In this document: positions 1 through 8,457 of the stretch, piece after piece
Layout: the number at the start of each line of letters is the position of its first letter
Numbering within the stretch: the stretch's first letter is position 1
From: an uncultured Bacteroidota bacterium
Lineage (GTDB): Bacteria > Bacteroidota > Bacteroidia > NS11-12g > UBA955
NCBI GenBank assembly: GCA_937867025.1
Contig: CALMKH010000049.1
Coordinates: 192 to 64,191 of the forward strand
Length of the DNA: 64,000 nt
Reading direction: 5' to 3'
Program-made: the position numbers and the translations under genes
Notes under the pieces: generated by a model
Databases searched by the model: none
Told to the model about the DNA's origin: nothing
The model's input: only the letters and a program-made list of their open reading frames with translations

Positions 1-100
1 GGATTTGTTGCAGTGCCCCTCCATCGGGATCACTGAAAGTAATCCCTCTCTCTCCGCCAAATAAAACATACCCGCACAGAGGCGGGTATTCTTTTTTCCA
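1..100 (+). repeat. Repeat unit 1 of a tandem sRNA-like element. Conserved 5' block GGATTTGTTGC, hairpin motif GGGATCACTGAAAGTAATCCC (26-46), CU tract TCTCTCTCCGC (47-57) and an intrinsic terminator (70-97)
   Basis: Read directly. The same 21-nt motif recurs at 208-228 and 381-401. It is followed by the pyrimidine tract and by ACCCGC-ACAGAG-GCGGGT plus a T6 run. Confidence 0.6.
69..97 (+). terminator. Rho-independent terminator (GC stem ACCCGC/GCGGGT, loop ACAGAG, T6)
   Basis: Stem-loop plus U-run read in the sequence. Confidence 0.6.
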
Positions 101-185
101 AGGACGGAGAGCCAAGCGGCGGTATCCGCGCTTGAGCGATACGGCAAAGGGAAAAAGAATAAAGATTGCGACAGCAATTTATGTT

Positions 186-280
186 TTATTTGAAGCCAAC
201 CCCACCCGGGATCACTGAAAGTAATCCCTCTCTCTCCGCAACAAAATCCAACCCCGCGTTAGCGGGGTTTTTTATTTGCC
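186..280 (+). repeat. Repeat unit 2 with the same hairpin motif (208-228), CU tract (229-239) and a different intrinsic terminator (250-277)
   Basis: Motif GGGATCACTGAAAGTAATCCC and the tract TCTCTCTCCGC are identical to unit 1. The terminator is AACCCCGC-GTTA-GCGGGGTT plus a T6 run. Confidence 0.6.
249..277 (+). terminator. Rho-independent terminator (stem AACCCCGC/GCGGGGTT, loop GTTA, T6)
   Basis: Stem-loop plus U-run read in the sequence. Confidence 0.65.
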
Positions 281-354
281 GCAAGCCTGCCAAATGCGAT
301 AGTATTTGAAGCGGGATAGCCGGCAAATAAAAACACAGGGGCGCAAGCCATGTT

Positions 355-445
355 GGATTTGTTGCTGGGCCCCCCCACCCGGGATCACTGAAAGTAATCC
401 CGGGGAGTTATCAGTTATTAAGTTATTGAGTTATCAGGGTATGAG
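355..445 (+). repeat. Repeat unit 3. The GGATTTGTTGC block and hairpin motif are here embedded in a perfect 7-bp stem (CCCGGGA/TCCCGGG, 378-404). It is followed by a GTTATYRA microrepeat (407-439) instead of the CU tract and terminator
   Basis: Read directly. The 5' block at 355-365 matches 1-11, and the motif sits at 381-401. Confidence 0.55.
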
Positions 446-536
446 AATGCTTTCTAAATCATAAATCTTGAATCACAGCACCCACCCCTTACCCCTGTGG
501 ACCTGGAGGGAGTAGTTATTACCTTCTTAATGCACC

Positions 537-1031
537 TTATTTCACCGGCAATTTCCATTTCTCTATCAGCTCCGCATTGAGGCCGCCTTCGCTGGGGTTG
601 GGCTTGCCTTTACCGGTAGTGATCAAAGACTTTAAGCTGCCCTGGATATAACTGTTCCACGCATCGTGGCAAACATCGTAACATTCGTAGTCGGGCACCA
701 GGCCCAGATGTGTAAAATCCAGCCGGGTCTGACCGCCCTTTTCAGAGATATCAAACACGATCCTGGTACCATTCCATTCTGTCTTATCCTCCGTGAAATT
801 GAAATGGTTCTGCAAGACCAGCCAGACAACCCTTTTACCGGGCACGAACTCGACAATCTTCATTTTAGCGATATGGACATCCTTGTAGTAATAGAGGAAC
901 TCCTCACCCAGCCTGGTGGTGTTTCCTTCGACGTTCTCTGACCACCAGCCACGCACATTATTAATGGCGTCAAATATTTCCTGCGGTGCCAGCCGGACTG
1001 AAAACGATGTTTTGAAATCTGAATTTGTCAT
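537..1031 (-). CDS. SRPBCC / AHSA1-like (activator of Hsp90 ATPase homolog) domain protein
   Basis: 164-aa ORF. It has an NVRGWWSE motif and the overall pattern of bacterial AHSA1/SRPBCC proteins. Its paralog lies immediately upstream. Confidence 0.75.
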   Translation of the reverse strand: MTNSDFKTSFSVRLAPQEIFDAINNVRGWWSENVEGNTTRLGEEFLYYYKDVHIAKMKIVEFVPGKRVVWLVLQNHFNFTEDKTEWNGTRIVFDISEKGGQTRLDFTHLGLVPDYECYDVCHDAWNSYIQGSLKSLITTGKGKPNPSEGGLNAELIEKWKLPVK

Positions 1032-1088
1032 GATATTTTGGTTTTAAGGTTATTGTAGTATGAAAGGTTTTTGGAATATTGCAAACGG

Positions 1089-1541
1089 TCATATTTTTTC
1101 CTTTGCATGTTCCCCGATAGCTATTGTTAACCGTTCCTGCACGTATTGTGTCCAGGCCGGCGCACATGAATCGTAACATTCAAACGCCGGTACCAGGCCT
1201 GCATGCCTGAAAACTATATGAGTGCCCTCCTCCCCGCCTGACAGCTCAAAGCTGATCCGTGTTCCTGTCCATTCGTCGGTCTTGCCCACAAACGTAAGGT
1301 TGCTCTTCGTTACCAGCCAAACCACCTTTTTACCTGGAATCAATTCCACCATTCTCTGTTCGGAGTAATGCATGCCTTCACCCGCAAGGAAACTGAATTC
1401 ATCGCCGACTTTTTCAGAGTTTCCCTCAAAGGTTTCGCCATACAACCCCGACCACCAGGCGCGGACGTTCAGAAGGGTGTTAAAAACTTCGGCCGGTGAC
1501 TGTTTCACCAGTATGCTGATTGTAAAATCTTTATTTTCCAT
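1089..1541 (-). CDS. SRPBCC / AHSA1-like domain protein (tandem paralog)
   Basis: 150-aa ORF with NVRAWWSG and clear similarity to 537-1031. Confidence 0.75.
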   Translation of the reverse strand: MENKDFTISILVKQSPAEVFNTLLNVRAWWSGLYGETFEGNSEKVGDEFSFLAGEGMHYSEQRMVELIPGKKVVWLVTKSNLTFVGKTDEWTGTRISFELSGGEEGTHIVFRHAGLVPAFECYDSCAPAWTQYVQERLTIAIGEHAKEKI

Positions 1542-1770
1542 ATTATTTATTTGGTTTTAAAAATGTAATGCTGCTGATAAAATATATTGTAATGGTTCAT
1601 CTTTTTTATTACATCAGGATACATGTTCTGAATATAGTTTTCTGCTGTCGTCCTGAATGTGCTGGCAAAAGTATTGTCCGAATAGAATATCCAGGGGTGG
1701 GAAAATAGACATTCCGGAGGGTTGTTTTGGACAAGCCCAATCCATACTTTTGTAAATCCGTATCATCTTT

Positions 1771-2760
1771 ATGAAGCATATAACCCTTCTATATCCCGAA
1801 GGACAGCGCAACCTCAGCACCATTGCCTGTATCGTCGGCACGGTGGAAGCGTTTGCCAGGGCCAACGATTACTGGAAACAGCAGGGCCACCAGCCAAAGT
1901 ACCGGCTTGTGGTGGCCGGCGTATCTTCCCCATCTAAAGAGGAATACGTTAAAAACCTGGTCGCCCTGAAGACTGACGCCTCTATTTCGGAGATCAGCAA
2001 GACCGACCTGATCATTATTCCTTCTGCCATGCCCGGAGAGGATACAGCGGAGTACCGGCAGATGCTCGACTGGATCAACCGGCAATATAAGGCCGGGGCG
2101 GAGATAGCGAGCATGTGCTCCGGCGCCTTTATCCTGGCATCCACGGGGATTATTGACGGCAGAAGCTGCTCAACGCACTGGTCGCTCGTCAACACATTCA
2201 GGGACAAGTATCCGAACGTGAACCTGCAATCGGACAAACTGATTACCGACGAGAAAGGCATCTACACCAACGGCGGGGCCTATTCGTTCCTTAACCTGGT
2301 GGTCTATCTCATTGAAAAGTATTATGACCGGCAAACGGCGATCTATTGTTCCAAGGTGCTGCAGATAGAACTGGACAGGGACAGCCAGTCGGCCTTTGCC
2401 ATATTCACCGGTCAAAAACAGCACGGCGACAAAATCGTCCAGCAGGCCCAGATATACATAGAAAACAATATTGATGAAAAGATATCCATCGAAGACCTGT
2501 CATCAAAATTCGCCATCGGGCGCAGGAACTTTGACAGGAGGTTTATAAAAGCCACTGGCAATACGCCGCTTGAATACTCACAACGGGTGAAGATAGAATC
2601 GGCAAAAAAGGCGCTGGAAAGCAGTCGGAAGACGGTAAACGAGGTGATGTACGATGTTGGCTACTCGGATGTGAAGGCCTTCAGGGAAGTATTCAGGAAA
2701 ATCACGGGCATGTCGCCGCTCGAATATAAAGGAAAATATAACAGGGAAGCCGCGGTTTAA
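1771..2760 (+). CDS. GlxA-family transcriptional regulator (DJ-1/PfpI domain fused to an AraC-type HTH)
   Basis: 329 aa. The N-terminus has the DJ-1/PfpI pattern (SMCSGAFILASTGIIDGR). The C-terminus has an AraC HTH (RRNFDRRFIKATGNTPLEY...DVGYSDVKAFREVFRKITGMSP). It is divergent from the SRPBCC pair. Confidence 0.85.
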   Translation: MKHITLLYPEGQRNLSTIACIVGTVEAFARANDYWKQQGHQPKYRLVVAGVSSPSKEEYVKNLVALKTDASISEISKTDLIIIPSAMPGEDTAEYRQMLDWINRQYKAGAEIASMCSGAFILASTGIIDGRSCSTHWSLVNTFRDKYPNVNLQSDKLITDEKGIYTNGGAYSFLNLVVYLIEKYYDRQTAIYCSKVLQIELDRDSQSAFAIFTGQKQHGDKIVQQAQIYIENNIDEKISIEDLSSKFAIGRRNFDRRFIKATGNTPLEYSQRVKIESAKKALESSRKTVNEVMYDVGYSDVKAFREVFRKITGMSPLEYKGKYNREAAV

Positions 2761-2852
2761 ATTCTTCCGGCTACGTCAGTGATAGGGATGAAAAAACTAT
2801 TCAAAGGACAATAAACAGGTGGCATTACGTCATGTAAACGCCAGTACAAAAA

Positions 2853-2882
2853 CAAAAAATACATAAAAAAAGGCAGGAATAC
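2853..2882 (-). terminator. Intrinsic terminator for the minus-strand CBS gene (stem GGCAGG/CCTGCC, U7 on the minus RNA)
   Basis: Hairpin AAGGCAGG-AATACAC-CCTGCCTT with an A7 run on the plus strand, which is U7 on the minus strand. Confidence 0.6.
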
Positions 2883-2908
2883 ACCTGCCTTTCATTGCGT
2901 TCATTGTT

Positions 2909-3409
2909 TTAAGCGGTTGCTGATACCCCCGTTTTTGCTTTTGTGTTGTTCCGGTCAAAAAGGGCTTTAATGGTTTTGGCAAGGTTTTCATCTTTCGCGT
3001 TTAACTCGCCAATAGCCTCATTCTTCGTGATAGCTCTTGACAGCAAATTGTTAACTGAAATCATACCTTTTAACCTGCCATCCTTGTCAGTGACGGGTAA
3101 ACGGCCAATCCTGCTCATACGCATTTCGCGCAAAACATCTTCCAGCTCGTCCTCTGCATTGATGGTGTGGATTTTACCTTTGGACAATATTTCCTTTACG
3201 GTTATTTCCTCAGATGTTTTGCCATTTTTGGAAGCCAGGGAAAGACAAATATCGCGATCGGTGATAATCCCCACTACCTTTTTTTCCTTGTCGACCACAG
3301 GAAGCGCTCCAAGGTTATCATCCTTCATCATTTTAGCTGCATTTGCCAGCTTTGTTTCCGAATTGCAGGATTTTATTGTTCCCGCAGTCATTACTTCTTT
3401 TACTTTCAT
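2909..3409 (-). CDS. CBS domain-pair protein
   Basis: Two CBS motifs (VMTAGTIKS...ALPVVD, ...IGRLPVTDKDGRLKGMIS). The start is chosen at MKVKEVMT. The ORF track extends to 3481. Confidence 0.7.
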   Translation of the reverse strand: MKVKEVMTAGTIKSCNSETKLANAAKMMKDDNLGALPVVDKEKKVVGIITDRDICLSLASKNGKTSEEITVKEILSKGKIHTINAEDELEDVLREMRMSRIGRLPVTDKDGRLKGMISVNNLLSRAITKNEAIGELNAKDENLAKTIKALFDRNNTKAKTGVSATA

Positions 3410-3561
3410 AATTTTATTTTTTATTGGTTTATTGTTGACAGATAATATTCCCATTTTTCTTTTTCCGGTTTCTACCGGCACCCTGGTCAGTGATCATGCC
3501 TCAGGCACCGATCAGGACTAGCAAATGTACCCTGCCAATATATAGAACCCTGTGAGCGAAC

Positions 3562-4248
3562 TCACCTGAAAGCGTGATTGATCGCATCCGGATTATTGAC
3601 CGGATGCGCATTTTTATTCATGCCTCTCATTATGAAGTACACCGAGATACTTATTATTGAAGCAAAGAAACACCAGACTGACACTATGTAATCCTCATAA
3701 AAAACCCATGTCATGATATAGGAAACAAGAATGGACCAGCTTAGAATCCACATTCTTTTTACGCTTGAAAAGAATTGAGGAGAAACAGTTGCCAGTATGT
3801 AAAGTATCCCAACGAATATGCCCGGCGCCGGCGGGTAGTTCTGCATGTAGGAAATATGCTTGCCGGCGATATTGGCCTGCACATGGTATGCCGATAAACA
3901 ATACGCCAGGTATAAGGATACAGCGAGACCGATTCCGAGCAGTACTTTTAATCCCTTCCTCCTTTTTTCATTTTGTTCAATATTCAGAATTGAGAAGGGA
4001 ACCCAGGTGGGCCATACGACCTGGGCAAAGAAAATAAATATGTACGCTGTCATGCTTTGGATAATGATATCCGATGGCTCGCGCAAGGCTAACCACAAAA
4101 AACCTTCTGTAAGCTGCTGCACCGCAAAAATCAAAGGTATGGTTGCGAAAGGAAGCTGAGTGGATGATCTGACCTGCTTTATTGAAGCTACCCCTATTGC
4201 AGAAAGTATAGCTCCCGCTCCGAAACTTGCACTGGCTGAAAAACACAT
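3562..4248 (-). CDS. Hypothetical polytopic membrane protein
   Basis: 228-aa ORF with about 6 hydrophobic segments. No family was recognised. Confidence 0.6.
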   Translation of the reverse strand: MCFSASASFGAGAILSAIGVASIKQVRSSTQLPFATIPLIFAVQQLTEGFLWLALREPSDIIIQSMTAYIFIFFAQVVWPTWVPFSILNIEQNEKRRKGLKVLLGIGLAVSLYLAYCLSAYHVQANIAGKHISYMQNYPPAPGIFVGILYILATVSPQFFSSVKRMWILSWSILVSYIMTWVFYEDYIVSVWCFFASIISISVYFIMRGMNKNAHPVNNPDAINHAFR

Positions 4249-4604
4249 ATACGTTTTAAATTAAAATGTTTGCGAACTATTTGTTGCAAATATTATAACT
4301 TGAAAACTATCGCCTTTGCAAGAGCGTTTTTAAAATCAGATTACTTATGCTGAAATACAAATGTAACTACGCCTATAAAGAAATAAAGTGATAACAATCA
4401 TGTTAACGGCTGATTGAATCAATTGATTCATGCACAGTTTCAGAAACCACCCGCATCCAGCGTGTCGCGGATGCGCCAGGGATGGAACGGCCTGTCTGAG
4501 CTCCTTTACCCTGAGCAAGGGTAAAGAGCGAGTAGTGACAGCCCGGTGCCGCCGGCGATACACATGATAAACACGTAGATTTAAAAAAGCGGCAGGCGCC
4601 CTAA
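4249..4604. other. Structured 356-nt intergenic block, a candidate leader or ncRNA of unknown family. It has a 10-bp imperfect hairpin at 4451-4474 and an 8-bp hairpin TTTACCCT/AGGGTAAA at 4505-4525
   Basis: Hairpins read directly. There is no convincing ORF; the 87-aa Arg-rich ORF at 4345-4608 was rejected. Confidence 0.3.
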
Positions 4605-5582
4605 TCAATTAAAAAACCGGTTTTCAAGCTTGCGTTTCTCCTGGGTGATCTTTACGACCGAGTTAATGCTCATATTCAATTCAAAACCGACGAGGACACA
4701 CAGCGTATTGAAATAGATTAGCAGCATCAGCACGATAATGGCCCCGATACTGCCATACAGCTTGTTATAACTGTTGAAGCCGTCCACATAGGATGAAAAC
4801 AGGTAGGTGGCCACAATGGAAAGCACGGTTGCCACGATGGCACCTGGCGAAAAGAACTTCCATTTCTTTTTTGCCGAATGTGCGAAATAGTAGATCGAGC
4901 TCATGATAAAAAAGATAAGGGCCGACAGGGTGATAAACTCGGCGAGATTTACCACGAACAGCAGAACGGTTTTATTGATCCAGTGTTTTTTGATCAGGTA
5001 AGCTGATACCACATTGCCGGCTATCAGCACGGCCATGGCCAGCAATATAAGCGTGGTAATGACCAGGGTGACAAGTATGGATTTCCAGCGTTTCTGAAAA
5101 AAGTTCCGTTTCTTCTTTTCATCTTCATGAAAATTGCTGTCGAATGCCAGCATCATTGAAAAGACGCCATTGCTGGCAAAGTACAGGGCGGTCAGGAAAC
5201 CGAAGGAAAGTAGTCCTGAGCGCTTATTCAGGTTAATGTCCTTGATGGTCGACTTGATGATCTTATAGGTATCTTTGGGCAAAAGGTCGTTGACGACTTC
5301 GAGGATCAGCTTTTCGAAATTCAGCCCCGGTATATAGGCTATCAGTGTGAACAGGAAAAGCAGGGATGGGAAAATGGCCAGGAAAAAGTTCCACGACAGG
5401 GAACCGGCATACAGGTTGAACTTCGGACTGATGATGCCTTTAAAAAAGAACTGGCACACGGAAAACAGCGAAGCGCCCTGGAAACCCGGCGGATAAATGC
5501 GGTCGAAGAAGGCCACAACGCGCCTTACCGGAGCAAGCCTCCAGAACACCGATCGTATGTTATCTTTCTTTTTCTGTGTCAA
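4605..5582 (-). CDS. YihY/BrkB family inner-membrane protein
   Basis: 325 aa, multi-TM, with the characteristic YihY layout. Confidence 0.75.
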   Translation of the reverse strand: MTQKKKDNIRSVFWRLAPVRRVVAFFDRIYPPGFQGASLFSVCQFFFKGIISPKFNLYAGSLSWNFFLAIFPSLLFLFTLIAYIPGLNFEKLILEVVNDLLPKDTYKIIKSTIKDINLNKRSGLLSFGFLTALYFASNGVFSMMLAFDSNFHEDEKKKRNFFQKRWKSILVTLVITTLILLAMAVLIAGNVVSAYLIKKHWINKTVLLFVVNLAEFITLSALIFFIMSSIYYFAHSAKKKWKFFSPGAIVATVLSIVATYLFSSYVDGFNSYNKLYGSIGAIIVLMLLIYFNTLCVLVGFELNMSINSVVKITQEKRKLENRFFN

Positions 5583-6364
5583 AACCTCAGTATAAAATGC
5601 TCCTTATCCTGCTCCGTCCTGAAAAACACTATTCCCATAAAGTACAGGTCGATCGTCACTTTGACCCGCGGGTGGTTCTTTATTTTCTGCCAGGCTCTCT
5701 GCATCCCTTCGCTCCACCGGATGTCATCGAATACAAATATGCTTCCGCTATGGGCTTTTTGCAAGCATTCCTCAAAATAATGCAATGTGGCTTCCAGCGT
5801 ATGATTCCCATCGAAAAACACGTAATCGACCCTTGGCAATTGTTCCAGCAGCATAGGCAGTGTCTGCTCGAACATGCCCTCGATAAACTGGATATGCAGG
5901 TATTCGAGCTTTTCGGCATTATGCCGCGCAATGCGCACACTGCCCGGATTTCCTTCCAGCGAGAACAGGTAACCCTGGGTTATGCCACTGGCCTGGTAAA
6001 GGGTGCTTATACCAACGGAACTTCCTATTTCAACGGCATATTGCGGCTGGTAATAATGGCATATCCTTTCAAGGAGTTCAGCATACTTGGCCGATTTGGA
6101 AGTCCTCTTCACCACATTCCGCAACTTCTCGCGCTTTGGTTTTTTTCCGCTTGCAGCGCCAAGGGGCAGCACTTCGAGGGTCGAATTGCTTTTCAGCATT
6201 TTGCTTCTCAACAGCTCGATCGCGTGATACGTGGGTTTGTTCTTGCGCGCCTCCAGGACCCTGGTCACAAAGTCGAACACAAACGGCGAATGCACGGAAT
6301 GTTTATTTCCCGCTGTAAAAAAATAAAAGAGAAAATCGATTGCGATCTGGATCTTGCGCAGCAT
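5579..6364 (-). CDS. Class I SAM-dependent methyltransferase (O-methyltransferase-like)
   Basis: Motifs AVEIGSSVGISTLY (SAM-binding glycine-rich motif), VFFDGNHT and FVFDDI. Confidence 0.8.
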   Translation of the reverse strand: MLRKIQIAIDFLFYFFTAGNKHSVHSPFVFDFVTRVLEARKNKPTYHAIELLRSKMLKSNSTLEVLPLGAASGKKPKREKLRNVVKRTSKSAKYAELLERICHYYQPQYAVEIGSSVGISTLYQASGITQGYLFSLEGNPGSVRIARHNAEKLEYLHIQFIEGMFEQTLPMLLEQLPRVDYVFFDGNHTLEATLHYFEECLQKAHSGSIFVFDDIRWSEGMQRAWQKIKNHPRVKVTIDLYFMGIVFFRTEQDKEHFILRF

Positions 6365-6385
6365 ACCACAGGCAAAATTAAAGGA

Positions 6386-8269
6386 TTAATTCCTTGTCGG
6401 CGCTTTTTTATATGATCTAAGCACTTTAAGTTCTTCCTGTAATTTCGCGATCTGGTTATTTGTGGTTTCTATTTTCTGTTCGATCTGTTTCCTGAGCGCA
6501 TCTGCATTCTTGGATTTGGCGAAGAATTCAATGTTGTTCTTAAGTGTTTCGGCATCGTCCCTCAGCATGCGTAATTTATCATTGATAATGCGCTCTTCAT
6601 GCTTCATTTTGTCCTCGCCGTTCGGTGAAGAGGCCAGCATCTCGTAATGTTCCTTTATGCGCAGCGACTTGTTTTCCTCAGCGCTTTGCTTGAACTTTTT
6701 GTAAATGGCATCCACGGCTTTGCTGTAACGCGCCTGGAGATCGGCCTTGGCTTTAATGGGAACAAACCCTATTGACAGCCATTCCTGCTGAATTTTCCGC
6801 AGCTTCTCAAACACATGCCCGCTGTCTTCCGATTCCAGCAGCTTTTCCACTTCCGCTAAAAGTTTTTCCTTAGCTGCCTGATTATCCTTTTCGCCGGCAT
6901 TCTTCTCTTTATAAAATTCATCCTTGCGTTTGAAGAACTTGTCGCATGCAGCCCGGAACCTTGCCCATATTTGCTCATTCTTGCTTTCAGGAACCGGTCC
7001 TATGGATTTCCATTTCTCCTGAAGCGCTATCAGATGTTTCGACGTGACATCGTACTGGGTGCTTTCTGCGAGTTTTTCCGCCTCAACGCATAAGGCCGTT
7101 TTCATTTCAAGGTTCTTCTCCTTGCCGCTGTTCAGCTGATCAAAGAAGGCCTTTTTATGATGATTGAAGATATTCTGTGCCTCCCTGAAACGTTTCCATA
7201 TCTGGTCATTCGAACTTTCCGGCACCGGCCCGATAGTTTTCCATTCGGCAAAAATGTTCGCTATTTCTTCCGTCTTTTCTTTCCAGACCTTCGGACTGGT
7301 GATAGGTATCTGGTTGATCTGCTCCACTTTTTCGCACAGCACTTTTTTCAGTTCGAGGTTTTCATTCCTTTTGGCCTTGATCTGTTCGAGCTGTTCCCTC
7401 TTATCATTGAGCACGTGGTCTGAAGCTTCCTTGAAACGCTTCCAGATATCCTCGGCCACGTCCTTGCCCGGTACAGGCCCGGCGTTCTTGAATTCCTCGT
7501 GATACTTGTTAAGCAATATGTGGGCCTTTTTGATGGATTTTTCTTCATTCAGGGCCGCCACTTTCTTGATCAGCTCAATTTTTATTTCCAGGTTTTTCTG
7601 CCTGTCTTTTTCTTTCAGTTCATTGTTGATGGCGTGGTTATCGTAGAATTTATCGAGATAAAACCTGTAACTCTCCCACAATTCCTGCATATGCTCCCTG
7701 GGAACGGTACGGATCTGTTTCCACTGTTTCTGAAGATCGCCCACCTCGCGGAAAATCGACTCGGTCTCATCTTCTGATGCGAGGGTTTTCAGGCGTTCGA
7801 TTATTTTTTTCTTGGCCTGGTAATTCTTTTGTTTTTCTTCTTCTGCAAGCCGTTTCTCCTCTGCCCGTTTTTCAAGGAAAGAGGTATATATCTTATAAAA
7901 CTTTTCCTTCGTTTCGTCATAAGGAGGTTTGAACTCCCTGACATCATGACCTGCATCGGCCCATTCCTTGACAAGCTGGGTGCGCTCTGCCTTGATGACA
8001 TCGTCAAACAGCACCCTGATCTTTTTAAAGATATCATGCGCTTCCTTGATATTGGGGAACGACACCAGTTCTTCAGCCTTGGATACAAAGTCGGCCTTGG
8101 AAAAGGACGAATAATCCGTCTGGTCGCGCCTTTCCTCCTCAATCTCGGAAAATTCATCGTGCTCTTCTGAATCACCCTTCTTCTCCAGGTGTACGATCTT
8201 GGTATTTAACACATGTTCGCTGGCATCGTCAACGTTAGGGTCATTCAAATGCTTGTTTGTATCTGTCAT
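6386..8269 (-). CDS. DUF349 domain-containing protein
   Basis: 627 aa with repeated W-K/E-x-I-G-P-V-P...IW-x-RF blocks typical of DUF349 repeats. Confidence 0.8.
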   Translation of the reverse strand: MTDTNKHLNDPNVDDASEHVLNTKIVHLEKKGDSEEHDEFSEIEEERRDQTDYSSFSKADFVSKAEELVSFPNIKEAHDIFKKIRVLFDDVIKAERTQLVKEWADAGHDVREFKPPYDETKEKFYKIYTSFLEKRAEEKRLAEEEKQKNYQAKKKIIERLKTLASEDETESIFREVGDLQKQWKQIRTVPREHMQELWESYRFYLDKFYDNHAINNELKEKDRQKNLEIKIELIKKVAALNEEKSIKKAHILLNKYHEEFKNAGPVPGKDVAEDIWKRFKEASDHVLNDKREQLEQIKAKRNENLELKKVLCEKVEQINQIPITSPKVWKEKTEEIANIFAEWKTIGPVPESSNDQIWKRFREAQNIFNHHKKAFFDQLNSGKEKNLEMKTALCVEAEKLAESTQYDVTSKHLIALQEKWKSIGPVPESKNEQIWARFRAACDKFFKRKDEFYKEKNAGEKDNQAAKEKLLAEVEKLLESEDSGHVFEKLRKIQQEWLSIGFVPIKAKADLQARYSKAVDAIYKKFKQSAEENKSLRIKEHYEMLASSPNGEDKMKHEERIINDKLRMLRDDAETLKNNIEFFAKSKNADALRKQIEQKIETTNNQIAKLQEELKVLRSYKKAPTRN

Positions 8270-8457
8270 TAACTAAAAAAATGTAGGGTTCTTAAACGAT
8301 TTATATGGTATGCTGTAGGGGTATGCTGTAGATTGAGAATTGTTAATTCAATGGATGATGGTTAGATATATCCTGATTTGCTATGAGTTCTTTCGTTTAG
8401 GACTACAAAGATAAACCATAAGTTTTTATATAGGCAAGTGTTTTTTTTTCGAAAAAT

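Noticed and set aside
1-450. Possible CRISPR array, considered because of the three repeated 21-nt motifs
   Set aside because: Only three copies, spaced 173-182 nt apart, which is far larger than CRISPR spacers. The flanks carry their own terminators, and the repeat unit also includes a longer shared block. No cas genes are nearby. Interpreted as tandem sRNA-like or terminator modules.
480-536. Possible terminator for the minus-strand SRPBCC gene (C/G-rich CCCACCCCTTACCCCTGTGG region)
   Set aside because: The pairing requires multiple mismatches or wobbles, and there is no clean U-tract.
4249-4604. RNase P RNA, SRP RNA, tmRNA or TPP riboswitch in the 356-nt gap
   Set aside because: Looked for GGAAAGTCCGGGC (P4), the GGAAGCAGCC-type SRP helix 8, the tmRNA tag reading frame and TPP CUGAGA...ACCUGAUCUGG elements on both strands. 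None was present.
4345-4608. 87-aa minus-strand ORF inside the structured intergenic block
   Set aside because: Arg-rich and low-complexity, without a plausible start context. It coincides with strong hairpins and is more likely non-coding.
5576-6415. 279-aa plus-strand ORF
   Set aside because: It is a mirror (shadow) ORF lying fully antisense to the well-supported SAM-methyltransferase gene 5579-6364. No motifs were found.
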